Part shown: positions 9,436-18,100 of the stretch, piece after piece
Layout of the letters: the number at the start of each line of letters is the position of its first letter
Numbering within the stretch: position 1 is the first letter of the stretch
Virus record (IMG/VR): IMGVR_UViG_3300007735_000768
Coordinates: 1-60,350 of that record
DNA length: 60,350 nt
Strand: one strand, 5' to 3'
Source of the DNA: a virus
Lineage: Duplodnaviria; Caudoviricetes
Translations under genes and position numbers: made by a program
Notes under the pieces: generated by a model
What the model was told of the DNA's origin: nothing
Database searches by the model: none
Seen by the model: the letters and a program-made list of their open reading frames with translations, nothing else

Positions 9436-11702
9436 TGTTTGTTGTCCGAAAGGCAGACAATAACTCACCGACTCCACCTCTCAATCCTGACGAAGAAAAT
9501 GTTTCAAAGATTGTTCAACAAGGCATTGGTGATCTTGAAAATGCCGCGATCAGTCGCGAAGTAAAAGATGCAATTGCCTCTCGAAACTATGAGGCGATCG
9601 TAAATGCCTTTCCTTGGGACGAAACAACCAATACTTTAAATTTAACTGCTGACGCATTTGGTAAAACAATTGCAGACAATATTGGCACAGGAATTAAGGC
9701 AGGTTTTAAAGGTCGCTTCGACTACACAGACCCACGATCAATTGCATGGGGAACTGAACAGTCAGCGCGACTTGTTACCGCGGTTACAGACGAAGTTAGA
9801 ACGCAGATTCGTGATGTTATCGGACAGGCATTTACTCAAAACAAAACAGTTGTTGAAACAGCGCGACAACTTCGAACATTTATTGGGCTTAATGCGCGTC
9901 AACAAAACTCACTTGAAAAGTTTATTCAAGCAAACATTGATGCACCTAACTTAGATAAGTTGATCATTGACTATAAGAAGCGCGCTATCAAGTATCGAGC
10001 GAACATGATCGCCCGAACAGAAATTATTACAGCAGAGGCAAATGGTCGCTACCTTGGTTGGACACAAGCGGTCGAGGCAGGATTAGCAGACCCGAAAGGC
10101 ATGAAGCGTTGGAGTGCCGCGATCAGCGAGCGCACTTGCGATACATGCGGTGCAATGAATGGTAAGTCGGTTCAATGGGATCAACCATTTCCAAATGGAG
10201 TATTTAATCCACCCGCTCATGTTATGTGCCGTTGCTCAACATCATTCCTTGATCCTGAGTCAGAGTTAGCGCAAGATTTCATGCCACCTGCCCCTGCGAT
10301 CGTTGCACCACCACGCGAGGACATTCCTGAAAAGATAACTCGGGCGATCAGAGGACTACGCGATTCAACAGCCGCAGTTGAAGCGGCTCATGCAAGCACA
10401 ACACGCGTTTCGGCATTTCAATACGATTCGACAGCAATTGAAAACCTTCATGTTGATGTCGAGAAAGTCGAATTCAATGGTGTGCCATCAACAGAATTAA
10501 GATTCAAGATGACACCTGCCGCATTAAAAGACATTGAAAAGCAAGCGGTTAAGAGTAAAGGCAAGGATTGGTTAGTCAATAAAGAAATAGCGGCGATCGA
10601 TGTCAAGACAGCAGACGGAAAGTTAACATTCTCATCACTTGATCCTGATGCTAGTCAAACATGGACTATTTTAGAACGCAGAACAGTTGGCGATTTAGCA
10701 TGGGATCAACTTGCAAGCACTAACGCAACATATACACGCTATCTTCCTGATGGAACAGCAATTCGAATTATCTCATCTGCTAGAAATGGATACGCATTTC
10801 ACGGAACAACTCGCGTGATCATTCCGGGCAAGCCAACCGCAGAAAAGATTGATGAAATCATGAGCAAGTTAGTGTCGTCTGCTCGTCACTCAACAGAGGC
10901 AGATGTTGACTTGCTAAAAGCAAACCGAATTCTCAGTATCTTCAAACCCGCAGACAAAGACCTTGCTGTAAAAGAGTTTGCAGACAAGAAAAAATATATT
11001 GATGATGTAATTGGCAAATACTGGGGCTTTAAATGGGACGATGTAACTACTGAATTAGATAGTGAAGGTAGATTGCGTTTCTTGCTTCCGCGATCAGTTG
11101 CAGAAAAGATTATGGATAAGACTTCTATTGGTCATATTAACCATTCTTTAAAGTATGGAGTTGTAGGTTCAACAGATGGTTCAACAGTTAAAAACATTGT
11201 TGATTTATTTACCAAAGATGAAAACAAAATGCTCTTGTCAACAACTAATCGTTGGACGCGAGGACTTAACTATGAAGGACAAAGTAGCGTTAAGGATGTA
11301 ACAACGGGTGGCGCGGATTATGTATTTGGTCGCCCCGTTGACAAAGTAAGGGCAGGTTCTTTTCAGAACCTATACCGACTTGAATTTGATGCCGCAGAAC
11401 TATTCCGTCGCACCGATTGGTTTGCATATGCGGCAGATAGTTATGGTGTTCGAAACCCTGCGGCAAAAACATTCTTTAAAGGATCAACAAAGTTCGATGC
11501 CCCTAACTGGTTTGGTGAATTGATGACTGGCGGTAGCAGGGCTGGCGCAGAGATCATGTTTCAAAGCAGTATAGATATGCGTTATGTAACTGCTTTCCCG
11601 ATTCAAGAGAGAATTCAGAAGCCTTTATTTGAGGCATTTTTAAAACTAGGAATTACCGAAATCAACGGCATACCGCTTGATGATTTCTTTAGAACCATAT
11701 AA
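9435..11702 (+). CDS. MuF-family minor head protein with ~480-aa C-terminal extension (putative toxin, ART-like)
   Basis: RANMIARTE, RTCDTC, PPAHVMCRCS MuF motifs; Pro linker; extension with H...LLS...YVF...AEIMF. Confidence 0.85.
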   Translation: MFVVRKADNNSPTPPLNPDEENVSKIVQQGIGDLENAAISREVKDAIASRNYEAIVNAFPWDETTNTLNLTADAFGKTIADNIGTGIKAGFKGRFDYTDPRSIAWGTEQSARLVTAVTDEVRTQIRDVIGQAFTQNKTVVETARQLRTFIGLNARQQNSLEKFIQANIDAPNLDKLIIDYKKRAIKYRANMIARTEIITAEANGRYLGWTQAVEAGLADPKGMKRWSAAISERTCDTCGAMNGKSVQWDQPFPNGVFNPPAHVMCRCSTSFLDPESELAQDFMPPAPAIVAPPREDIPEKITRAIRGLRDSTAAVEAAHASTTRVSAFQYDSTAIENLHVDVEKVEFNGVPSTELRFKMTPAALKDIEKQAVKSKGKDWLVNKEIAAIDVKTADGKLTFSSLDPDASQTWTILERRTVGDLAWDQLASTNATYTRYLPDGTAIRIISSARNGYAFHGTTRVIIPGKPTAEKIDEIMSKLVSSARHSTEADVDLLKANRILSIFKPADKDLAVKEFADKKKYIDDVIGKYWGFKWDDVTTELDSEGRLRFLLPRSVAEKIMDKTSIGHINHSLKYGVVGSTDGSTVKNIVDLFTKDENKMLLSTTNRWTRGLNYEGQSSVKDVTTGGADYVFGRPVDKVRAGSFQNLYRLEFDAAELFRRTDWFAYAADSYGVRNPAAKTFFKGSTKFDAPNWFGELMTGGSRAGAEIMFQSSIDMRYVTAFPIQERIQKPLFEAFLKLGITEINGIPLDDFFRTI

Positions 11703-11711
11703 AATAAAAGT

Positions 11712-12080
11712 ATGATCAACCGCGAAGATGTGCCACAAGCACTTATCACAACACCACCAATCTGGGGTAGCGTCATTCCTGACGAGATGCCTGTATTTGC
11801 CTTTGGTCCTTTTGTAATGCAACGCGGTAAAGATCGATTATTAGGCATGTATTTGATCGAGGAAGAACCTGATCTATTTTGTTTTTGGGATGGCGCACGA
11901 GAACGCTATTTCCAACTTGAAGATACAAAAGTAGAAGGTGATTCGATCACATTCAAAGGCGGGGCATTTCGACCAATTGCTACAACCGATTCAGACATTC
12001 TTGGATTAGGTAGTGATCGTGTTGGCTTATCACAAACCGACGCGGTAAATAGGGCATTACTCCTATTTCAGCCCGTCTAG
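11712..12080 (+). CDS. Hypothetical protein, candidate immunity protein for the MuF extension
   Basis: Directly downstream of extended MuF; own TAAAAT-N6-ATG leaderless start. Confidence 0.55.
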   Translation: MINREDVPQALITTPPIWGSVIPDEMPVFAFGPFVMQRGKDRLLGMYLIEEEPDLFCFWDGARERYFQLEDTKVEGDSITFKGGAFRPIATTDSDILGLGSDRVGLSQTDAVNRALLLFQPV

Positions 12081-12110
12081 CGGTTAGAATAATCGCTGGG
12101 GGGTTACTAG

Positions 12111-14342
12111 ATGCCTTGGACGATCGAAACAAAAGCACCTGACTGCAAGAGCGGCTATGCCGTTGTTGACGCAAAGGGCAAAACTGTTGGTTGCCATAAA
12201 ACCCGCGCAGATGCCTTATCTCATCAACGCGCACTTTATGTCAATGTAAAGGATGTCACTCAAAAGGACGATCCGACCGCAACCGATGTTCATGTAGACA
12301 CGATCATGCGCCCCTTTAAGATTAAGAAGCCCGCTTTATCAAAGAGCGTAGACACTTTAATTTCACAGCACGACAAACTCCATACTCAAACCGATTCCCC
12401 AAATGATGCACAACTATTCGTTCATCATGCGATCATGGAAGCGATTAGCAAGGCAGGACAAGAGGTAGATTGTTCTTGCGGTGCATGGAGTCAACCTTTA
12501 CTACTTAATAGCGTTTCAACAACCCTTGACGCGCTCGCAAAGGCAGAAAACCCTTCATTGTCACCTGTTGGTCAAATCATTCAAACAGGCATCGATCAAG
12601 GATATAAGTTTGCCGATGTTCTCCACATGCTCGATGTTGGCGGCTACATGATCGTAGTTCGACCAAAAGAAATCGTTGAAGATAGTCAATCCCCAACACT
12701 CGTTGACAAAATCAAAGGATTTATGTCAAAGGAAAAAGCAATTCCCGACTCATTTGTTCCACCACAAGCGGTTCGAGATGAAGCAAAACGCGCCCTTGAA
12801 TGGATAAAAGAAGGACATGCTGGCGCAGGATTTACCGATGTAGGACGCGCTCGCGCCGCCCAACTTGCCAATGGCGAAGGTGTTTCAAGAGAAACCCTCG
12901 CTCGTATGAAATCTTTTCTTGCTCGACATTCAGTTGATGCACAAGGTAAGGGTTATCACACAGGCGAGGCTGGGTATCCGTCACCCGGTCGGGTTGCGTT
13001 TGCCGCATGGGGTGGGTCTGCGGCAAAGACTTGGGTAGATAAACTGTTTCGACAGTATGATCTTGCAAAATCAACAGGCGAGATTGAAACAGTATTTAAA
13101 TCTAATGAAAAGCGATTCACACTCGGACCTTGGTATATCCCTGATCGACAAGATGCGCATGGGGAATGGACAGATAGCGAAGAATTACAAACTGCTCTAT
13201 GGGATTATGTGAAGTCAGGCGATCGTAGAATCCGTTTGCAACATCGTAAGAGTGTTGTTGCAGGTGAATGGGTTGAAACAATGACATGGCCGTATCCCGT
13301 AACAGTTCCAATGATGAAAGCAGACGGCACAGAAGCAGATGTTACTTATCCAAGTGGAACAGTATTCATGGGAGTGCAATGGGAACCTTGGGCATGGGAA
13401 TTAGTTAAAGCAGGAAAGTTAACTGGTTATTCGATCGGTGGTAAATCAGAAAGATTGATGGTTGATTTTCCAGAGCAAGATGATATTATTAACATGCAGG
13501 TAGCAAAACATGGAACGCACGATCAGAAAACTCATGGTCGTCGTGGTGGCATACCTCAACAAGGTGGCGCTCGCGCAGGTATGGGCGATATTAAAATCAC
13601 CGATGCAATGGCGGCTGAGATGCAAGGCGGTTCTGCCGCACCATTCTTAGTCAAAAATGAAAATGGTGATTGGGAATTCACACCTGAGCGTCAAGCATTA
13701 CATGATCGTATAGTCAAAGAATCTGTTGATGGCGTTCCAAGTTCCGCAGACCCAACATATGTTGTTATGGGTGGTGGACCCGCGGCAGGTAAATCAACAA
13801 TTCTTGAAAGCGGTCAAGTATCACTTCCAAAGAACACAGTTGAAGTCAACGCCGATACTTGCAAGACAAAACTTCCTGAATGGGATACGGCAGGTGCTAA
13901 TCGCGCTTCTGTTACTCATGCAGAATCGTCATATCTTGCAAAGCGAACACAAGCGGCGGCGTTCGAGCGTAAGCAAAACATCGTGCTTGACGGAACAGGT
14001 GACACATCTCCTGCATCTATGACAGGCAAAATCGACACAGCAAGAGCGGCAGGTTACAAAGTCGAAGCGCACTATGTCACATTGCCAACGGACATGGCTG
14101 TGGCAAACGCACTTGCACGAGGACAAAAGACAGGTCGCTTTGTTCCAGAAGAAGTGATCAGGACAACCCACGCAGGAGTATCAACAACATTTCCGCAAGT
14201 CGCGGGTAAGTTTGACTCAGTTACTCTTTACGACACAACAGTATTTGGTGCAACAAAAGTAATTGCCACAGGCGGTAAAGGTGCATTAGACATCATAGAT
14301 AAAGTCGCCTATGACGCATTTCTAGCGAAAGGTAACGCATGA
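12111..14342 (+). CDS. Multidomain prohead protease (XkdF-like) fused to C-terminal zeta-toxin-like P-loop kinase
   Basis: YIPDRQDAHGEW...LQH...WELVKAGKLTGYSIGG protease; MGGGPAAGKS, VNAD, NIVLDGT, RFVPEEVIR kinase motifs. Confidence 0.85.
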   Translation: MPWTIETKAPDCKSGYAVVDAKGKTVGCHKTRADALSHQRALYVNVKDVTQKDDPTATDVHVDTIMRPFKIKKPALSKSVDTLISQHDKLHTQTDSPNDAQLFVHHAIMEAISKAGQEVDCSCGAWSQPLLLNSVSTTLDALAKAENPSLSPVGQIIQTGIDQGYKFADVLHMLDVGGYMIVVRPKEIVEDSQSPTLVDKIKGFMSKEKAIPDSFVPPQAVRDEAKRALEWIKEGHAGAGFTDVGRARAAQLANGEGVSRETLARMKSFLARHSVDAQGKGYHTGEAGYPSPGRVAFAAWGGSAAKTWVDKLFRQYDLAKSTGEIETVFKSNEKRFTLGPWYIPDRQDAHGEWTDSEELQTALWDYVKSGDRRIRLQHRKSVVAGEWVETMTWPYPVTVPMMKADGTEADVTYPSGTVFMGVQWEPWAWELVKAGKLTGYSIGGKSERLMVDFPEQDDIINMQVAKHGTHDQKTHGRRGGIPQQGGARAGMGDIKITDAMAAEMQGGSAAPFLVKNENGDWEFTPERQALHDRIVKESVDGVPSSADPTYVVMGGGPAAGKSTILESGQVSLPKNTVEVNADTCKTKLPEWDTAGANRASVTHAESSYLAKRTQAAAFERKQNIVLDGTGDTSPASMTGKIDTARAAGYKVEAHYVTLPTDMAVANALARGQKTGRFVPEEVIRTTHAGVSTTFPQVAGKFDSVTLYDTTVFGATKVIATGGKGALDIIDKVAYDAFLAKGNA

Positions 14343-14551
14343 CAACCGATACACCACGAATCGAACGCATGTATCTTGAAATCCTTTTGGGGATTGATCA
14401 AAAAGATTCATTACTCAAACCATTAACCGATGCTGAAAAGGCTCAATGGGGTCGCATCGACAAACAAGTGAAAGAGATTCGAGCAATGGGTGGGGAATTT
14501 GAAATCCCTAACGAAGTGCCTCAATCAAATCCAGTTGCGGTCGTTGAATGA
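14339..14551 (+). CDS. Small protein, candidate antitoxin of the zeta-like domain
   Basis: ATGA-coupled to zeta-like gene; 70 aa, helical-looking. Confidence 0.5.
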   Translation: MTTDTPRIERMYLEILLGIDQKDSLLKPLTDAEKAQWGRIDKQVKEIRAMGGEFEIPNEVPQSNPVAVVE

Positions 14552-14922
14552 TCACTTTATTTAAACATGGTTCTCATGATCAGAAAACGCATGGGCATGC
14601 TGGCTTAGTGCCTCATGGTTCTGCGGGGGGCGATGCAGTTCACAGAAATTTAGGCATGCACCTTGCACCAATTAGCGCAAAGGTTGATGGGATCAAATCA
14701 AATCCAACGATCGCAGGAGATTTAGCACAAGCAAAAGTCACACTTCATGCCGCATCAATCGCACCGACTGCTATGGCGAGCGCACAAGCATTAGGCAACA
14801 CTCGTTTAGCATTATCAAGTGCGGCGCGGAAAGTTACTGGAACAAATACCCCGTTAGCCATTACACTTGCTGATATTGGCAAAGAAGCACAACGACTTTC
14901 TGACTCATTGTTGCGACCATAG
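14548..14922 (+). CDS. Hypothetical protein with N-terminal KHGxHDQKTHG motif
   Basis: Motif shared with the linker before the zeta-like domain. Confidence 0.65.
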   Translation: MITLFKHGSHDQKTHGHAGLVPHGSAGGDAVHRNLGMHLAPISAKVDGIKSNPTIAGDLAQAKVTLHAASIAPTAMASAQALGNTRLALSSAARKVTGTNTPLAITLADIGKEAQRLSDSLLRP

Positions 14923-14934
14923 GAACGGACGATC

Positions 14935-15438
14935 ATGGAAACTGAATGGACATTAGTTCAACCTTCAATGCCTGAAATGGAAATGGAAGAAGTCGTAGAC
15001 CTTCAAAAGAGCCTACGCACACTCCTTGCCAACACAGTAACTATTTCTTTACGCGCTCAGGGATACCATTGGAATGTTCGCGGTATTCATTTCGCCGCAT
15101 ACCATAAGTTATTTGGTGACATCTATGAGGACATTCATGAATCGATCGATCCAACAGCAGAGTGGTTGCGCAAATTAGGTTACGAAGCACCATACACACT
15201 TGGCGAGTTCATGAATGATCGCGACATTGAAGAACCGATCAAGCAGATTAGTTTGGCTATGCAGATTCAAACATTACTGCAAGGCATCGAGCAGTTAGAA
15301 GAATGCACAGAACATTGCTTAGAGGTTGCAACAGCCGAGGACGAACAAGGTCTGATCAATTTCCTTGCAGGTCGCCTAGACATGCTTGAAAAGTGGGAAT
15401 GGCAATTGAACACATCTGTAAATGAAGGGTTTATGTAA
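14935..15438 (+). CDS. dps: Dps-family (ferritin-like) protein
   Basis: YHWNVRGIHFAAYHKLF, D.TAEWLRKLG, C-terminal EKWEWQL. Confidence 0.9.
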   Translation: METEWTLVQPSMPEMEMEEVVDLQKSLRTLLANTVTISLRAQGYHWNVRGIHFAAYHKLFGDIYEDIHESIDPTAEWLRKLGYEAPYTLGEFMNDRDIEEPIKQISLAMQIQTLLQGIEQLEECTEHCLEVATAEDEQGLINFLAGRLDMLEKWEWQLNTSVNEGFM

Positions 15439-15723
15439 ATGAGTATTGTGGTTAATGACGGCAATAGCACACCGATCAATGTTCATGGCATAGTGATCCA
15501 AAAGAGCCTATCTACGGGTTCAATGGTTACATGGCAAGCATCGGGTGGTTCTGCAACTGGCAAAATTGAACGCATTGTTCGCGAAGGCAGTTTGAACATT
15601 CCTAATTCTAAATTTACAATCAACGCAGAAAAAGATGACCCTGCGGTTTTGATCAGAGTTTATCGTGACGGCAAACCAACGGATACTTTGGTCGGTCATA
15701 AAATGTCTACTTTAAAAGGTTAA
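15439..15723 (+). CDS. HVA1/DUF2945-like Tudor-domain protein with short leader
   Basis: GSMVTWQASGGSATGKI...DDPAVLI...VGHKMSTL. Confidence 0.7.
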   Translation: MSIVVNDGNSTPINVHGIVIQKSLSTGSMVTWQASGGSATGKIERIVREGSLNIPNSKFTINAEKDDPAVLIRVYRDGKPTDTLVGHKMSTLKG

Positions 15724-15725
15724 CT

Positions 15726-16160
15726 ATGAGCATTGTTATCAATGATGGCAACACAGCCCCAGTAGCGGTTCATCGTGAAGCGGCAAAGGCGGCATGCCCT
15801 ACTGCAACAAAAGACATTGCCGTAAATCTTGCTCATCGAGGCAAAGCGATCAAGACAGCCGCTTATGGTCCTTTAAATCCATCAGAACCAAACAATGAGT
15901 TTTGGCAAGCAAAGGCTGATAACTGGGATATTTCAATTGCTGAGGCAAAGACATCTCGTTGTGGCAATTGCGCGGCTTTCATTCAAACAAAGCAAATGCT
16001 TGACTGCATCGATGCAGGGTTATCCGCTGGCGATTCCAACTCAGAAAACGCGTGGGATACGATCAAGGCTGGTAATCTTGGCTACTGCGAAGCATTTGAC
16101 TTCAAGTGCGCAAGTAAAAGAACTTGCGACGCATGGATAGCGGGGGGACCTGTAAAATGA
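15726..16160 (+). CDS. Cys-rich conserved phage protein with same leader as previous gene
   Basis: CPTAT, YGP, CGNCAAF, GYC..FDFKC...RTCDAW. Confidence 0.7.
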   Translation: MSIVINDGNTAPVAVHREAAKAACPTATKDIAVNLAHRGKAIKTAAYGPLNPSEPNNEFWQAKADNWDISIAEAKTSRCGNCAAFIQTKQMLDCIDAGLSAGDSNSENAWDTIKAGNLGYCEAFDFKCASKRTCDAWIAGGPVK

Positions 16161-16351
16161 GTATTAAAAGCACTAAGTTGCGCAAGTATCTAACTGTTCC
16201 TGTTCTACATTCATCAGGAAAGCGCAAGAACTTAATCGTTAAGACGATCACAGATCAGAACACATTTACTGTTGGCACATACAAAGGCACAACAGCATCA
16301 GTTACTCGTCAGACACCTTCAACAAAGAATGGCACAGTCTTCATCGACTAA
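16157..16351 (+). CDS. Small beta-rich protein, paralogue A (start revised to 16157)
   Basis: ATGA overlap; IVKTITDQNT shared with next gene. Confidence 0.65.
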   Translation: MSIKSTKLRKYLTVPVLHSSGKRKNLIVKTITDQNTFTVGTYKGTTASVTRQTPSTKNGTVFID

Positions 16352-16356
16352 TTCTT

Positions 16357-16542
16357 ATGGCAAAAACCATTCAGGTTGGAACCGCGCTTCATGTCAAGAC
16401 AACTGCTGGCAGAATTCGTCATGCAATTGTTAAAACAGTTACTGATCAAAACACTTTAACTGTTAGCGTAGGCAAAGGAACAGCGTTCTCTGTAACTCGC
16501 GCATCATCGACTGTTACTCGCGGCACTCAATTTAACCAGTAA
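16357..16542 (+). CDS. Small beta-rich protein, paralogue B
   Basis: IVKTVTDQNT...KGT..SVTR shared with previous gene. Confidence 0.65.
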   Translation: MAKTIQVGTALHVKTTAGRIRHAIVKTVTDQNTLTVSVGKGTAFSVTRASSTVTRGTQFNQ

Positions 16543-16543
16543 C

Positions 16544-17098
16544 ATGACTAACCCCAACCGCATTTCAAACGGCGAGGTTATTGCTCGCAAGTATATTTCT
16601 CGAACAGGTTACAAGTTCGGTGATGATACTTACCAAGAAACCGCCATGGGTTTACTAACGCGTTGGACACCTAACTTTTCTGCAACAGGTTTGACTTATA
16701 CAGGAACAGGCGAAACGCACCCGACCTACAACAGTTACTATGTTAAGCATCTTCAAATGGTGACATTTATTATTAAAGTCAACCTATCAACAGTTACTAA
16801 TTTTGGCACAGGGCAATTCAGCGTTGAACTTCCCTTTTTACCTTTAAACGGATTTGCAAGTCATTTCCCTGCATGGTGCTGGGTTGACCCGACGCAACCC
16901 GCAGACGAATTAAACGGGCATATAGTCCTACAAGCCGATCATCTACCTAATACCAAAACCCTTGACTTGCATTGGTATCAGGCAACCACAGCCGCCCCAA
17001 AACCTATTATAGAAAAGTTATTTGTTCAAGGCGATCCCGTCACTTTGACAACCAGTTCCTTGTTGTATATCAACGGCACTTATATTTCAAACGAATAG
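16544..17098 (+). CDS. Putative virion protein (fibre C-terminal-like beta domain)
   Basis: WTPNF, GTGQFSVELPF, INGTY ending typical of fibre tip domains. Confidence 0.5.
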   Translation: MTNPNRISNGEVIARKYISRTGYKFGDDTYQETAMGLLTRWTPNFSATGLTYTGTGETHPTYNSYYVKHLQMVTFIIKVNLSTVTNFGTGQFSVELPFLPLNGFASHFPAWCWVDPTQPADELNGHIVLQADHLPNTKTLDLHWYQATTAAPKPIIEKLFVQGDPVTLTTSSLLYINGTYISNE

Positions 17099-17222
17099 AG
17101 TTATGGGACACGCGTTTCAAGCACAATTTCCTCAACCATATGTTAGCCTTTTACTACCGAAATTTGGGCTGACCTCTATGGTTGAGGTAGGCGTAAAAAC
17201 CAAATAGGGGTAAGGAGAAATT

Positions 17223-18098
17223 ATGGCGAAAGCACCAAAGATGGTTCGCCTTTCAATCGATGAAACTAGCGGCGTTGATCACCCTGCACATTTAACCGAA
17301 GGTTGGATGATCATGAAATCAGCAAGTGTTGATGAAATCGATGCCGTAATTGATTCTTTAACCGAAACACAAACTCAATCATCAAAGGAGGACTCAGTGT
17401 CTAATGAGAATGAAGTTGTAACTGAGGACGCAGTTGTAGCCGAGGCGCCAGTCGCAGAAGCAACAGAAACTGAGTCACCAGCAGACGACAAAGACGCAAA
17501 GATCGCCGAACTTGAAGCCGAATTAGAAAAGGCTAAGAAGATGCCACCATTCATGTCTCCTGACAAGATGGACGGCGAAAGCGATGAAGAATACAAGAAG
17601 CGCATGAAGAAGATGGAAGAAGAAAAGGCAATGAAGAAGTCTGAGGACACAGTTGAGAAGTCAATTGAATCCGTAGAAAAAGCATTTGCATTTGAAAAAG
17701 CACGCGCTGACGAAGCGGTTGCACTTCTCCAAAAAGAACGCAATGAGCGCGCAGATGCAGAAGCCATTGCTAAAGCAAAGAATTGGAGCAACCTTCCACT
17801 AGATGCGGAAAAAGTTGGTCCAGCACTTCGTCAATTGTCACTAATTAACGAAGACCTAGCAAAAAGCATTGAAGGCATTCTTGAAGCCGTCAACGCACAA
17901 GCACAAACATCAAATCTATTTGCGGAAATCGGCAAGTCAGTCGATGCAGGAACAGACGCTTACTCACGCATGACAGCGCTCGCTAAGGCGGCAGTTGAAT
18001 CAGGTGTTGCGAAGTCAATGGAACAGGCAATGGCAGATGTAGCGATCGCAAACGCAGATCTCTATTCACAGTATCTAACCGAGAAGGGTGCTAAGTAA
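17223..18098 (+). CDS. Capsid scaffolding protein with N-terminal protease-like strand (IDETSGVDHPAH)
   Basis: Acidic coiled-coil with many xxK-A/S motifs; directly upstream of capsid genes. Confidence 0.8.
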   Translation: MAKAPKMVRLSIDETSGVDHPAHLTEGWMIMKSASVDEIDAVIDSLTETQTQSSKEDSVSNENEVVTEDAVVAEAPVAEATETESPADDKDAKIAELEAELEKAKKMPPFMSPDKMDGESDEEYKKRMKKMEEEKAMKKSEDTVEKSIESVEKAFAFEKARADEAVALLQKERNERADAEAIAKAKNWSNLPLDAEKVGPALRQLSLINEDLAKSIEGILEAVNAQAQTSNLFAEIGKSVDAGTDAYSRMTALAKAAVESGVAKSMEQAMADVAIANADLYSQYLTEKGAK

Positions 18099-18100
18099 AA

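Noticed and set aside
17099-17222. tRNA or riboswitch in the gap before the scaffold gene
   Set aside because: Only a CCTCAACCATA/TATGGTTGAGG inverted repeat; no cloverleaf or known aptamer recognisable, probably a leader hairpin
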